Source of the DNA: Candidatus Hadarchaeales archaeon
GTDB lineage: Archaea > Hadarchaeota > Hadarchaeia > Hadarchaeales > Hadarchaeaceae
NCBI GenBank assembly: GCA_038823825.1
Contig: JAWBCC010000003.1
Location: forward strand, 1 to 32,000
Direction of reading: 5' to 3'
DNA length: 32,000 nt
In this document: piece after piece, positions 8,471-17,271 of the stretch
Layout: each line of letters begins with the position of its first letter
Numbering within the stretch: position 1 is the first letter of the stretch
Translations under genes and position numbers: made by a program
Notes under the pieces: generated by a model
Told to the model about the DNA's origin: nothing
The model's database searches: none
Seen by the model: the letters and a program-made list of their open reading frames with translations, nothing else

Positions 8471-10264
8471 TCACTCAACGGTGACGGATTTCGCGAGAGA
8501 TCTCGGTCTGTCTGGATCTTGTCCGCGTCTGACCGTTATCTCGTACGCAAGGAGTTGGAGCGGAACGATGTAAACGGGAGGTGTGAAAATTTCATTGATT
8601 TTTGGCATTTTTATAACAACATCCGCATCGCCTTTTTCATCGGAAATCATAATCACCCTTGCGCCCCTTGCTCTGACCTCTTCAACGTTTCCCATTATTC
8701 GCCTTCTCATCTCGCCTGGTGGAGCGACGGCTATAACGGGTGTTCCTCTCTCGATGAGGGCAAGAGTTCCGTGCTTGAGTTCCCCAGCGGGCATAGCTTC
8801 AGCGTGTATGTAGGTGATCTCCTTTAGTTTGAGCGCTCCCTCCATGGCTATCGGATAACCGATTCCCCTTCCAATCACGTATATGTGCTGCGTATCCTTC
8901 AACTCCTCGGAAAGTCTTTTTGTCACTCCACTGGATTCTTTCAAGACGTTTTCCACCGTTTTGGGAAGAGCGAAAAGTTCTCGCCTTAATTCCGCGTATT
9001 CTTTGGCGGAGATTTTATCCATTTTTCTCGCAATCTTCAAGGAGAGCATGAGAAGAAAAGCGACTTGGGCAGCGAAAGTTTTCGTCGCGACGACGCTGAC
9101 TTCAGGTCCAGCGTGTGTCATGCAGACGATTTCGCTTTCACGGGTTATCGAGCTCCCGACGACGTTTGTCAGGCAGGCGATTTTTGCTCCTTGCGCCTTA
9201 GCAACCCTCACGGCCTTCAGAGTGTCTGCGGTCTCCCCTGATTGCGTTATGGCGAGGACGAGGGATTTCTCGTCAGTACGGCAACTCTCCGGAAATTCTG
9301 AGGAGATAATGGTGTCCACTGACAAGCCTGCGAGTTTTGCTAGGACGTACCTTCCAACTAGAGCAGCGTGATAGGATGTTCCACATGCAACGATGTATCT
9401 GTTCCTCGCGTCGATGAGCGCGTCCGCCAGTCTGTCAATCTCTTTTTCGGAGCTTCTGAGCGTCTCTTTTATCGCCTTGGGCTGTTCGTAAATCTCCTTG
9501 ATCGTGAAATGTGGGAAGCCTTCCTTTTCGGCGGATTCGATAGACCAGCGAACCAGGAAGGGCTTTCTCACAATTGTTCGATCCGCCGCGATTTCGGTTA
9601 TTCTAAAACCACTCTCATGTAGTACGACCATTTCTCCGTCCTCGATTACAACAACGCGTCTAGTGAAAGGCAGAAGAGCCGGGATGTCCGAGGCGAGGAA
9701 CATTCCGTTCTTTCCTACGCCAACGATCAGCGGGCTTTCCTTTCTAACCCCTATTAGCTTATCCGGTTCTGTGCTGCTCAGAATTCCGAGCGCATAGCTA
9801 CCCTCAAGTCTCTTCACGGCTTTTTTCACGCTTTCTTCCAGCGGGTTTCCCTTTTTTAAGTAAAACGAGATCAGGTTTGGTATAACTTCAGTGTCAGTAT
9901 CGGAGCGAAACTTGAAATCTCTCTCCAAGAGGAAATCTTTGAGCTCAAGATAGTTCTCGATTATGCCGTTGTGAACAACTGCAACGATTCCGTTTGAGTC
10001 TATGTGCGGATGGGCGTTTCGCTGTGATGGTTCGCCATGTGTGGCCCATCTTGTGTGAGCTAAACCGATCTTTCCGGGCATGGATGCAAAATTTAACTTT
10101 TTGTCGATTTCTGCAATTTTACCGCTATCCTTCTTCACATAGAAAGAGCCGTCAAAAGTGACCATTCCGGCGGAGTCATATCCCCTGTACTCCAGTCTTT
10201 TTAAGGCCTCCAGCAATATAGGTGCAGCGTTCGATTTTCCTATGTAACCGACTATTCCACACAT
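8471..10264 (-). CDS. glmS: Glutamine-fructose-6-phosphate aminotransferase (isomerizing)
   Basis: MCGIVGYIGKSNAAPILLEALKRLEYRGYDSAG, two SIS domains (CGTSYHAA; ESGETADTLKA; GRGIGYPIAMEGALKLKEITYIHAEA) and C-terminal DPDRPRSLAKSVTVE. The reverse complement carries this sequence (TCA at 8471 = TGA stop), so it is on the minus strand despite the track label. The start is placed so that Cys is residue 2. Confidence 0.96.
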   Translation of the reverse strand: MCGIVGYIGKSNAAPILLEALKRLEYRGYDSAGMVTFDGSFYVKKDSGKIAEIDKKLNFASMPGKIGLAHTRWATHGEPSQRNAHPHIDSNGIVAVVHNGIIENYLELKDFLLERDFKFRSDTDTEVIPNLISFYLKKGNPLEESVKKAVKRLEGSYALGILSSTEPDKLIGVRKESPLIVGVGKNGMFLASDIPALLPFTRRVVVIEDGEMVVLHESGFRITEIAADRTIVRKPFLVRWSIESAEKEGFPHFTIKEIYEQPKAIKETLRSSEKEIDRLADALIDARNRYIVACGTSYHAALVGRYVLAKLAGLSVDTIISSEFPESCRTDEKSLVLAITQSGETADTLKAVRVAKAQGAKIACLTNVVGSSITRESEIVCMTHAGPEVSVVATKTFAAQVAFLLMLSLKIARKMDKISAKEYAELRRELFALPKTVENVLKESSGVTKRLSEELKDTQHIYVIGRGIGYPIAMEGALKLKEITYIHAEAMPAGELKHGTLALIERGTPVIAVAPPGEMRRRIMGNVEEVRARGARVIMISDEKGDADVVIKMPKINEIFTPPVYIVPLQLLAYEITVRRGQDPDRPRSLAKSVTVE

Positions 10265-10393
10265 CTTGAAAAATTTCTTTTTCACCACTTATTAAGGATT
10301 GGTAAATTTTCAAACTCAGCGGGAAATGATGAAATGGGCTTTTTAGCAAACTCGGGCAACATTTTGTCCGGTTATTTACAGGAAAAGCAAAGC

Positions 10394-10783
10394 TTAGGCT
10401 TCCATCATTCGGATGAGTTCCAGCGTGCGTCTTTCTATTCTGTCTTTGGTTTCCTCTTCAGTTGCGGCTCCGGTCAGGAGAAGCCGGTAATCCTGCAAGT
10501 CTTCGATAAGGAGATCTACAACATCGATGTCTAGCAGACCGGCATGAATGGTGATTTTTAGGGTAAAGAAAGCCTTGAATATCGCATCTCTTCCTTTTTT
10601 CCAGCATTTCCAAGCCGCGGGCTGTTTTACGCCCAACCTTTTAGAAATCTCCTCGAAGGTCAGCTCTGGGTTACGAGATTTCAAGAGAAGTGCTCTAAAT
10701 GTGCGTTTTTTGAGGTATGAGCGTTTGAGAAGCTCCCGGACGAAAAGACTTTCCTCGACTCCAGCACTTGATCTCTTTTTCAA
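10394..10783 (-). CDS. Small helix-turn-helix protein (sigma-70 region 4 / terminase-small-subunit-like HTH)
   Basis: LTFEEISKRLGVKQPAAWKCWKKGRDAIFKAF matches an HTH pattern. Same strand as, and 39 nt downstream of, the AAA+ gene. Confidence 0.55.
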   Translation of the reverse strand: MKKRSSAGVEESLFVRELLKRSYLKKRTFRALLLKSRNPELTFEEISKRLGVKQPAAWKCWKKGRDAIFKAFFTLKITIHAGLLDIDVVDLLIEDLQDYRLLLTGAATEEETKDRIERRTLELIRMMEA

Positions 10784-10822
10784 GGTTCTCCCATTTTAAT
10801 TCCAATTTTTGGAAGTAAAAAG

Positions 10823-11719
10823 CTATCTCTTTCGTAAGAATATCTTAGCGAGTCTTTCTCGCAGAGTCTCTCGGTTTGCCATCCTCACTATCTGCGCATT
10901 GATTGGACTGCTCCAAATCGCGGCTAGCCGAAGAGCCTTGCTTGCAGCAGCGAGAATCTGCCTAGGAACACCCTTGCTAACCTTGTAGATCTCTTGAAAA
11001 CCGTCGGCCGTTATGGGTCCACTCATAAAATCTCGCTCTTCTCTAGAGCAATAGCGCATTCTGGCTATTAGGAGTTCTCTGACTTCCGGCAGGGTGAGAG
11101 GGCGAAGTTTCATACGAAAATAAACTCTATCTTTGAGAGCAGGGATTTTTTCCAAAAAATTCTCCATTCTTTTTTCTTCTCCGTTTAAAAGAAGCGAAAT
11201 TCCTGGCAAATCAGCCAAAACTCGGAAAAATTCGCCCAATTCTTTAAAATTTGCCGTGCTTTCCGGGACATCGTCGACGATTATCGCCAGCTTCTCCTTC
11301 TGTTCAATCCCCCATTTTCTAAGAACTTCGAACATTTTGACGGAATCCATATTGGAGTCAAGTTCCAAGCCCAAGATTATCGCTCGGAGGAATTCTTCCG
11401 CAGATCGATATGCGGCTCCGTGAATCATGACAGGAATCACTTGTCTTGCTGGATCTTGGAAAACCACGTTTTCCTCCCGCAGAGCGGCTGTTAGGAATTT
11501 ACACACTGCGGTTTTTCCCATCCCTAAACCGCCGGTCAAAACGGCCACTCGTCCCTCCATAAGAACCTCCTTCAATTTTATCAGCTCTTCGCGTTGTGAC
11601 GGGACAAAAGCCTCCGGCGCGGGAAGATCTGGAGTAAATGGGTCTCTTTCCAGCCCCCACACGTGAAGATAAATTTCAAGTCTGTAGTCCTTTCCGAGCT
11701 TCTCCTGCCAGATCGTCAT
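10823..11719 (-). CDS. AAA+ ATPase, ExeA/TnsC-like
   Basis: HVWGLERDPFTPDLPAPEAFVPS...VAVLTGGLGMGKTAVCKFL (Walker A), KLAIIVDDVPE (Walker B), LPGISLLLNG (sensor-like), KVSKGVPRQI. Start moved to ATG 11719, which forms an ATGA overlap with the upstream gene's stop (11716-11718). The track start at 11794 would overlap by 79 nt. Confidence 0.75.
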   Translation of the reverse strand: MTIWQEKLGKDYRLEIYLHVWGLERDPFTPDLPAPEAFVPSQREELIKLKEVLMEGRVAVLTGGLGMGKTAVCKFLTAALREENVVFQDPARQVIPVMIHGAAYRSAEEFLRAIILGLELDSNMDSVKMFEVLRKWGIEQKEKLAIIVDDVPESTANFKELGEFFRVLADLPGISLLLNGEEKRMENFLEKIPALKDRVYFRMKLRPLTLPEVRELLIARMRYCSREERDFMSGPITADGFQEIYKVSKGVPRQILAAASKALRLAAIWSSPINAQIVRMANRETLRERLAKIFLRKR

Positions 11720-12426
11720 TCGACCACTTTTATCTTTATTTCGTAACCTAACTCTGTTTTTTGTAGATATCCGAGCGCTTCCATCCTTTCGCAAAATGTT
11801 CTGACTACGGGTTCTGGTGACTTTGACTGAACCACAAGCTCTTTTAGAGAAAACTTATTTAAAACGAGCGCCGCCGAAAGAATTTCGCCAAAAGCTACTC
11901 TTTGAGCAATACCTGACGGAGAAAGGTCATTTAGAATTTTTTTCCTAGTTATTTTTTCCTGTTCTTCGATTTTTTCTTCTAAAATCTCTTTTTTCTCAGA
12001 AACTTCTTTAAATTCCGAGCATTTTCGACAAACCGTCATTAAATTTCCTTCAATTATGCCGAGTCCGGGGTCCTTCTCTTTCAGTGCGAGATCTTCGGAA
12101 CTTCCACAAATCCTGCAGCGGTATCCATCTCGCACGAAAATTGCTCGCTTTACGAGCTCGTGATCGTTCTTACAATGCGTGAAAACAAAATCGAGGAAAG
12201 CTCTGAGTCCTTTTTCGTAATCGGTTTCAGAAGAAACAGGAGAAATTTGTGCTTCTTTTCTCATTAAGCGGGTTATTTCACTCGCTGGAATCCTTCTGTG
12301 ACCTCCTCCAATTCTCACAATTTTTATTTTTCCCTCCCTTTCCCACCTTCTTATCGTGTTCGGGTGAACTCCCAAGAGAGATGAAGCTTCTCCTATTTTG
12401 TACAATTTCTCACTAAAGTTCATCAA
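11716..12426 (-). CDS. DNA-binding protein: MerR/excisionase-type (IS607-TnpA-like) N-terminal HTH, degenerate HNH-type zinc finger and a C-terminal wHTH-like region
   Basis: KLYKIGEASSLLGVHPNTIRRWEREGKIKIVRIGGGHRRIPASEI (HTH). RDGYRCRICGSSEDLALKEKDPG...NLMTVCRKCSEF has two CxxC pairs but no HNH histidines. Confidence 0.75.
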   Translation of the reverse strand: MMNFSEKLYKIGEASSLLGVHPNTIRRWEREGKIKIVRIGGGHRRIPASEITRLMRKEAQISPVSSETDYEKGLRAFLDFVFTHCKNDHELVKRAIFVRDGYRCRICGSSEDLALKEKDPGLGIIEGNLMTVCRKCSEFKEVSEKKEILEEKIEEQEKITRKKILNDLSPSGIAQRVAFGEILSAALVLNKFSLKELVVQSKSPEPVVRTFCERMEALGYLQKTELGYEIKIKVVE

Positions 12427-12438
12427 AATTTATTTACG

Positions 12439-12579
12439 AAATCTAACTATTTAAGACTTTTTCTAACAATGTGGTTAAATTTTGGCAAGTTTGATAGAAT
12501 GTGACATGAGGTCAGAGCCCCGAAGAAATCATCAAATCTAACCGAATTCAACAAAACCACAATTGTTAAATTTTGTCAA
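12439..12579. promoter_or_regulatory. Duplicated operator-like elements in a divergent intergenic region
   Basis: AAATCTAAC (12439-12447) with GTTAAATTTTGGCAA (12474-12488), and AAATCTAAC (12534-12542) with GTTAAATTTTGTCAA (12565-12579). Confidence 0.55.
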
Positions 12580-12597
12580 ATCTTAAGTTAGAGAACA

Positions 12598-13287
12598 ATG
12601 AAAGCAGATCTGCACGTGCATACAGAATTCTCCGATGGCAGGGATCCGCCAGAGGTAATGATAGAAGCGGCAGAGGCTCGCGGCCTAAAGCTTTTAGCTA
12701 TAACGGATCATGGACCAGCCCTACACGTTGGCATGAAAGAAAACGAGATCTCTGGCTACCTCTCCACACTTGAAAATCTAAGGGAGAATGCGAAGCTGAA
12801 ACTGCTTGTCGGAATAGAGGCCAACGTCTTAAACGAGTCTGGTGATATAGACATTGAGGAAGAAACCAGGGAAAAATTGGATATTTTAGTTCTCGGCATA
12901 CACAGGCTATGGTTTGTTTCTGATCCAAGGGAAATGGCTCTTGCCTATTTGAGGTCCCTCGTGAACGCAATCAAGAAGCACAAAATCGATGTGGTTGCTC
13001 ACCCATTTCAATTTCACGGAGATCTTTCAAGATTTTTGACGATAGACGAAATCAGAGAGCTTCTCGAGGTAGCCGCCAATTGCGGAACAGCCATCGAGGT
13101 CAATGAGAAATACAGGGCGCCAGGAGAGGATTTCTATCGTGCTTGTCTTGAGAATGGAGTCATGCTGAGTGTAGGGACGGATTCTCACCGCGCCGAAAGC
13201 GTTGGGAGGCTTGACTGGGTTTCAGGAATGCTCGAGAAAATAGGGGTATCAGAAGGAGATCTTTTATACACCCGTTTTCTCCGTTAA
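12598..13287 (+). CDS. PHP-domain metal-dependent hydrolase
   Basis: MKADLHVHTEFSDG, LAITDHGPA, VVAHPFQFHGD and SVGTDSHRAESVGR are PHP metal-binding motifs. Confidence 0.88.
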   Translation: MKADLHVHTEFSDGRDPPEVMIEAAEARGLKLLAITDHGPALHVGMKENEISGYLSTLENLRENAKLKLLVGIEANVLNESGDIDIEEETREKLDILVLGIHRLWFVSDPREMALAYLRSLVNAIKKHKIDVVAHPFQFHGDLSRFLTIDEIRELLEVAANCGTAIEVNEKYRAPGEDFYRACLENGVMLSVGTDSHRAESVGRLDWVSGMLEKIGVSEGDLLYTRFLR

Positions 13288-13334
13288 GTTACTCTTGAAA
13301 GGTAATCTATCACCTCAGCGGAGTTTACAAAATG

Positions 13335-14348
13335 TCAACATATTCTGGGTATGGGGTCTCCAACTGGCGCATTGAGTATTCTATGCCCTCCAACTGTGGT
13401 TCTAACGAGAACTCTCCCTGGATGCTCGCCAACAACTTCTCCGATTATCTTTGCTTCTTTCCCGTGGAGAGTTTTTCTAATCGCCGCCAAAACTTCTTCA
13501 GCCCTATCCCTGTCTACACCGATGAGAACCTTGCCCTCGTTTGTCAAGGTGAGAAAATCGATGCCCAAGGTTTCGCAAAGGGCTCTCACTGGCTCTTTCA
13601 CTGGGATTTCTTCCTCCCATATCACTATCCCTACCCCAGATTTCGAGGCCATCTCGTTTAGAGCAGACGCCAAACCACCTCTTGTCGGATCCTTCATAGC
13701 TGAAATACCCCCGACAGCAAGCGCCGCTTCAACAACATCCCAGACCGGCGCCACGTCAGACCTTAAATCTTCAAATTCGAAGTTGTTTCTCTCCGCCAAA
13801 ATGGTCGCTCCGTGATCCCCTACCGTTCCGCTCAGGATTATCATCTGTCCAGGTTTGAGCATGGAATCCGTCTTAACAGAATCTGCGATACCGACTCCTG
13901 TTGTCGTAATGACTATTCCATCCAGGCTTCCCTTTTCCATCACTTTGAAATCTCCAGTCACGATAGGTACGCCAACCTCTTTCGCCGTTTCGTTCATGGA
14001 CTTGCAGATTTTTCTGAAATCATCAATCCTGAAACCTTCTTCAACGACGACTGCTGATGCGATTGCGAGAGGTCTCCCACCCATGACGGCAAGGTCGTTT
14101 ACCGTTCCGCTCACAGCCAGTCTACCTATGTCTCCACCAGGGAAGAAGATCGGCTTGACCGTGTGAGAATCCGTCGTGAAGACGAGGGTTTTGTCCTCAA
14201 TGTCGACAGTAGCTCCGTCATCCATCTCGTCAAGCCCAACTCTACCGGCTCTCTTGAGCTCAAAGTCTTTCAGAACGGTTTCCATCAGAAGCCTCATCAT
14301 TGCCGTTCCGCCGCCACCATGCTCGAGTCTTATCCTTTCATCCATCAA
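13335..14348 (-). CDS. hypE: Hydrogenase maturation factor HypE (carbamoyl dehydratase)
   Basis: RIRLEHGGGGTAMMRLL, TDSHTVKPIFFPGGDIGRLAVSGTVNDLAVMGG, DPTRGGLASALNEMA and C-terminal PIPRIC ending in the conserved Cys. TTG at 14348 or ATG at 14345 may be the start. Confidence 0.95.
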   Translation of the reverse strand: MMDERIRLEHGGGGTAMMRLLMETVLKDFELKRAGRVGLDEMDDGATVDIEDKTLVFTTDSHTVKPIFFPGGDIGRLAVSGTVNDLAVMGGRPLAIASAVVVEEGFRIDDFRKICKSMNETAKEVGVPIVTGDFKVMEKGSLDGIVITTTGVGIADSVKTDSMLKPGQMIILSGTVGDHGATILAERNNFEFEDLRSDVAPVWDVVEAALAVGGISAMKDPTRGGLASALNEMASKSGVGIVIWEEEIPVKEPVRALCETLGIDFLTLTNEGKVLIGVDRDRAEEVLAAIRKTLHGKEAKIIGEVVGEHPGRVLVRTTVGGHRILNAPVGDPIPRIC

Positions 14349-14469
14349 TTCTAACCTTTCAGCCCCAAGACTAAAAACTACATTCTATCAGAGGTTGCTC
14401 CATAGTTAAACTCCGTGGCGACCGAAGGAGAGAAGTTAAATATTGCTCGGAGTTGCTTTATTCAAAGGG

Positions 14470-16776
14470 ATGCGAACGGAAGCCCGCGCTGAAATTTTTG
14501 TGAGAGGACTCGTTCAGGGTGTGGGTTTCAGACCCTTCTGTCACCGTCTAGCCTCCAAACTCGGACTCGCCGGCACTGTGAGAAATCTTGGGGATGCCGG
14601 TGTCCATCTAATTTTGGAGGGTGAAAAGGGAAAAATCGAGGAATTTCTCGAAACAATGTTCCATGACCACCCTCCTCTAGCCAAGATCTTGGAGGTTGAA
14701 GTCAGGCTGTCGAAAGCACGCGGAGAATTCAAAGAGTTCATCGTTTCGAAAAGTGAGCCTTCTTCATTCGGAAAAATCTCTCTAGTCCCTCCAGACATCA
14801 CGATATGTGAAAAATGTCTATCCGAAATCGAAAATCCATCCGACAGGAGATACAGATATCCGTTCACGACATGCGTTGACTGTGGTCCGAGATTTACGAT
14901 AATCGAAAGCCTCCCTTACGATAGGGAAGGGACTTCTATGAAAGATTTTCCCCTTTGTTCGGACTGCTCGCTGGAGTATCACAATCCGGAAGACAGGAGA
15001 TATAGGGCGGAGCCCACCTGTTGCCCAAAATGCGGTCCAAAAGTTTTTCTTTTAAACTCTGATGGTCGTCCGATATCTGCTGGAGATCCTCTTCTGGAAA
15101 CCGCGAAACTTCTCGACGAAGGATTCATAGTCGCGATAAAGGGGATCGGCGGGACGCATGTGGCTGCAAAGACAACAGACGACGATGTTCTTATTAGACT
15201 GAGGAAAAACTTCTGCAGACCTCAACAACCATTCGCCGTAATGAGTCTAAATCTCGAAAGAATCAGAACGTTTGCGGAGGTGGATCAAAAAGCGGAGAGT
15301 CTTCTGGCTTCAGTTCAACGACCGATTGTTCTGCTCAAGAAAAAAAGAGATTTTCCGCTCTCGGACCTCGTTTCTCCAGGGCTTGACACGATTGGTGTGA
15401 TGCTCCCTTACAGCGGGATCCACCACCTCATCCTCTCTGAAGGTAAGGACCCAGCATACATAATGACGAGTGCGAACCTTCCCGGTCTTCCAATGGTAAT
15501 CGATAACAGCGAAGCTCTCTCTGCCCTGCGTGGACTTGTTGACTATTTCCTCCTCCATGACCGCCGCATAGTTAACAGATGCGATGATTCTGTTGTGAGG
15601 TTCACGGCCGATGGTTACGTTTTCATCAGGAGGTCGCGGGGTTATGCTCCGCTCCCACTCGAGATGAAGTTTAGATTTGGGAAGGGCATAGCCGCTCTAG
15701 GCGGAGATCTTTGCGTAACCGGAGCGGTCACGAAAGATGGCAAATGCTTCCTCACTCAGCACATTGGTGACGTGAGCAAATTCGAAACTCTCCTTTACTT
15801 GCGTGCTGCCGTCCACAGGCTGATCGACCTTCTGAAAATAGAGAAAATAGACGTCGTAGTCTGCGACATGCATCCGGCTTACTCGACGACCGGGGAAGCC
15901 AAAAGGCTCGCAGATGAAACAGGAGCGGAAATCGTGCAGGTCCAGCACCATCATGCCCATCTTGCAGGTCTTGCCGCCGAGTATGGTCTCGATGAACTCT
16001 TGGGAATTGCAGCGGATGGAGCAGGTTACGGGCTTGATGGAACAATCTGGGGAGGAGAGGTTCTTCTCATTCAAAAAGAAAGATTTGAGAAGATCGGTGG
16101 TCTGAAGGCTTGCTCGATGCCGGGCGGAGATCTTGCCACGATATACCCGGCCAGAATGGTGGCAGGAATCCTCTGGGATGCTTTGTCGAAGGAAGAGCTT
16201 CGTGAGATTCTCGTAGAGTTCTGTCTTCAAGGCTTCCCGAGAGGGGAGAAGGAAATCGAGGTGTTGCTTGCCCAGCTAAACCGCAAAGTCAACGTTCCTC
16301 TCACTTCGAGTCTTGGGAGACTTCTCGACGCATCGTCCTGCCTGCTTGGAATCTGTTCAGCAAGAACTTATGAGGGCGAACCAGCGATGAAGCTGGAAGC
16401 TTTGGCCTCCGCCGGAGATCCTTCACGCTTTCGTCCAGAAATCGAGAGAAGCGGAAACTTTGTAGACCAGGCTTCTCTCCTTCTTCAGGTTGTTGAGGCA
16501 CTGAGGGCGGGAGTGAAAAAATCGGATATCGCAGCCGGTGTTCAGGCTTCGGTCGCTCGAGCTCTTGCGGAAATCGCCGTGGAAAAGGCGGAGGAATTAG
16601 GAATCAAAACAGTTGGCGTTTCGGGTGGCGTGTTTTACAACGACGCTATTGCAAGAACTGTCAAAGAGGTCGTAGAAAGAAGGGGTCTTAGGTTTCTGAT
16701 TTCCAGACAGATCCCTTTGGGAGACGGTGGGATTTCTGCGGGTCAGGCAGTTGTTGCTTCCTTCCTTACCTCATGA
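14470..16776 (+). CDS. hypF: Hydrogenase maturation carbamoyltransferase HypF
   Basis: Acylphosphatase motif VRGLVQGVGFRPFCHRLA, two zinc-finger motifs (CEKCLSEIENPSDRRYRYPFTTCVDCG; CSDCSLEYHNPEDRRYRAEPTCCPKCG), YrdC-like and carbamoyltransferase domains (QVQHHHAHLAGLAAEYGL). An in-frame TTG at 14443 is an alternative start. Confidence 0.96.
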   Translation: MRTEARAEIFVRGLVQGVGFRPFCHRLASKLGLAGTVRNLGDAGVHLILEGEKGKIEEFLETMFHDHPPLAKILEVEVRLSKARGEFKEFIVSKSEPSSFGKISLVPPDITICEKCLSEIENPSDRRYRYPFTTCVDCGPRFTIIESLPYDREGTSMKDFPLCSDCSLEYHNPEDRRYRAEPTCCPKCGPKVFLLNSDGRPISAGDPLLETAKLLDEGFIVAIKGIGGTHVAAKTTDDDVLIRLRKNFCRPQQPFAVMSLNLERIRTFAEVDQKAESLLASVQRPIVLLKKKRDFPLSDLVSPGLDTIGVMLPYSGIHHLILSEGKDPAYIMTSANLPGLPMVIDNSEALSALRGLVDYFLLHDRRIVNRCDDSVVRFTADGYVFIRRSRGYAPLPLEMKFRFGKGIAALGGDLCVTGAVTKDGKCFLTQHIGDVSKFETLLYLRAAVHRLIDLLKIEKIDVVVCDMHPAYSTTGEAKRLADETGAEIVQVQHHHAHLAGLAAEYGLDELLGIAADGAGYGLDGTIWGGEVLLIQKERFEKIGGLKACSMPGGDLATIYPARMVAGILWDALSKEELREILVEFCLQGFPRGEKEIEVLLAQLNRKVNVPLTSSLGRLLDASSCLLGICSARTYEGEPAMKLEALASAGDPSRFRPEIERSGNFVDQASLLLQVVEALRAGVKKSDIAAGVQASVARALAEIAVEKAEELGIKTVGVSGGVFYNDAIARTVKEVVERRGLRFLISRQIPLGDGGISAGQAVVASFLTS

Positions 16777-17170
16777 ACGGAATGAGCTTAAGCTGCTTGA
16801 CGCCTCTCATCGATTCTATTCTCGAGGCAAGCTTATTGATGTCTTTAACTTTTCCGCACACAAGGAGAACTTCAAGGCAGTTTCTCTCGTCGATGTGCAA
16901 GTGTAAACTTGATGCGATTGAGCTTTTTGATTCGTGCTGGATATCCGTCAGCTCATCGGAAATCCCCTTGACTTCATGATCGTAAAGGAATGCTAGGACG
17001 CCAACGATTTCTCCCTCCAGTTCTTTTCTCAATTTCTGTTCTATGAGAAAACTCCTGAGCGCGTCCCTTATCGCCTCAGACCTGCTCGCATACTTGCTTT
17101 TCTCTAGGAATTCGTCCAACTCCTTCAAGAGATCTGACGGAATAGTCAGGCTGATTCGTTCTAGGTTCAT
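16766..17170 (-). CDS. nikR: Nickel-responsive transcriptional regulator NikR
   Basis: N-terminal RHH (ERISLTIPSDLLKELDEFLEKSKYASRSEAIRDALRSFL). C-terminal Ni-site pattern QH-x10-H-x-H-x5-C (IQHESKSSIASSLHLHIDERNC). Confidence 0.92.
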   Translation of the reverse strand: MNLERISLTIPSDLLKELDEFLEKSKYASRSEAIRDALRSFLIEQKLRKELEGEIVGVLAFLYDHEVKGISDELTDIQHESKSSIASSLHLHIDERNCLEVLLVCGKVKDINKLASRIESMRGVKQLKLIPFMR

Positions 17171-17271
17171 TCATCTTATAAGTCTCTTTGGTTTCTTTTC
17201 ATCTTTATGGCGGTTCGGCTTGAAGGAACTTGCCTGAATGTTTGGAGTATAATCTGAATTTGAATATTACC

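Noticed and set aside
8519-9797. Several plus-strand ORFs (8519, 8583, 8883, 9498)
   Set aside because: They are antisense to glmS, which is clearly encoded on the minus strand here.
12486-12545. Possible C/D box sRNA on the minus strand (TGATGA...CTGA)
   Set aside because: Only one C-like box and one D-like box with plausible spacing were seen; no convincing C' and second D box, so not supported.
13351-14409. Plus-strand ORFs opposite hypE
   Set aside because: Ser/Thr/Pro-rich shadow ORFs of a confident hypE gene.
15697-16230. 177-aa minus-strand ORF inside hypF
   Set aside because: Antisense to conserved carbamoyltransferase motifs of HypF; no recognisable domain.
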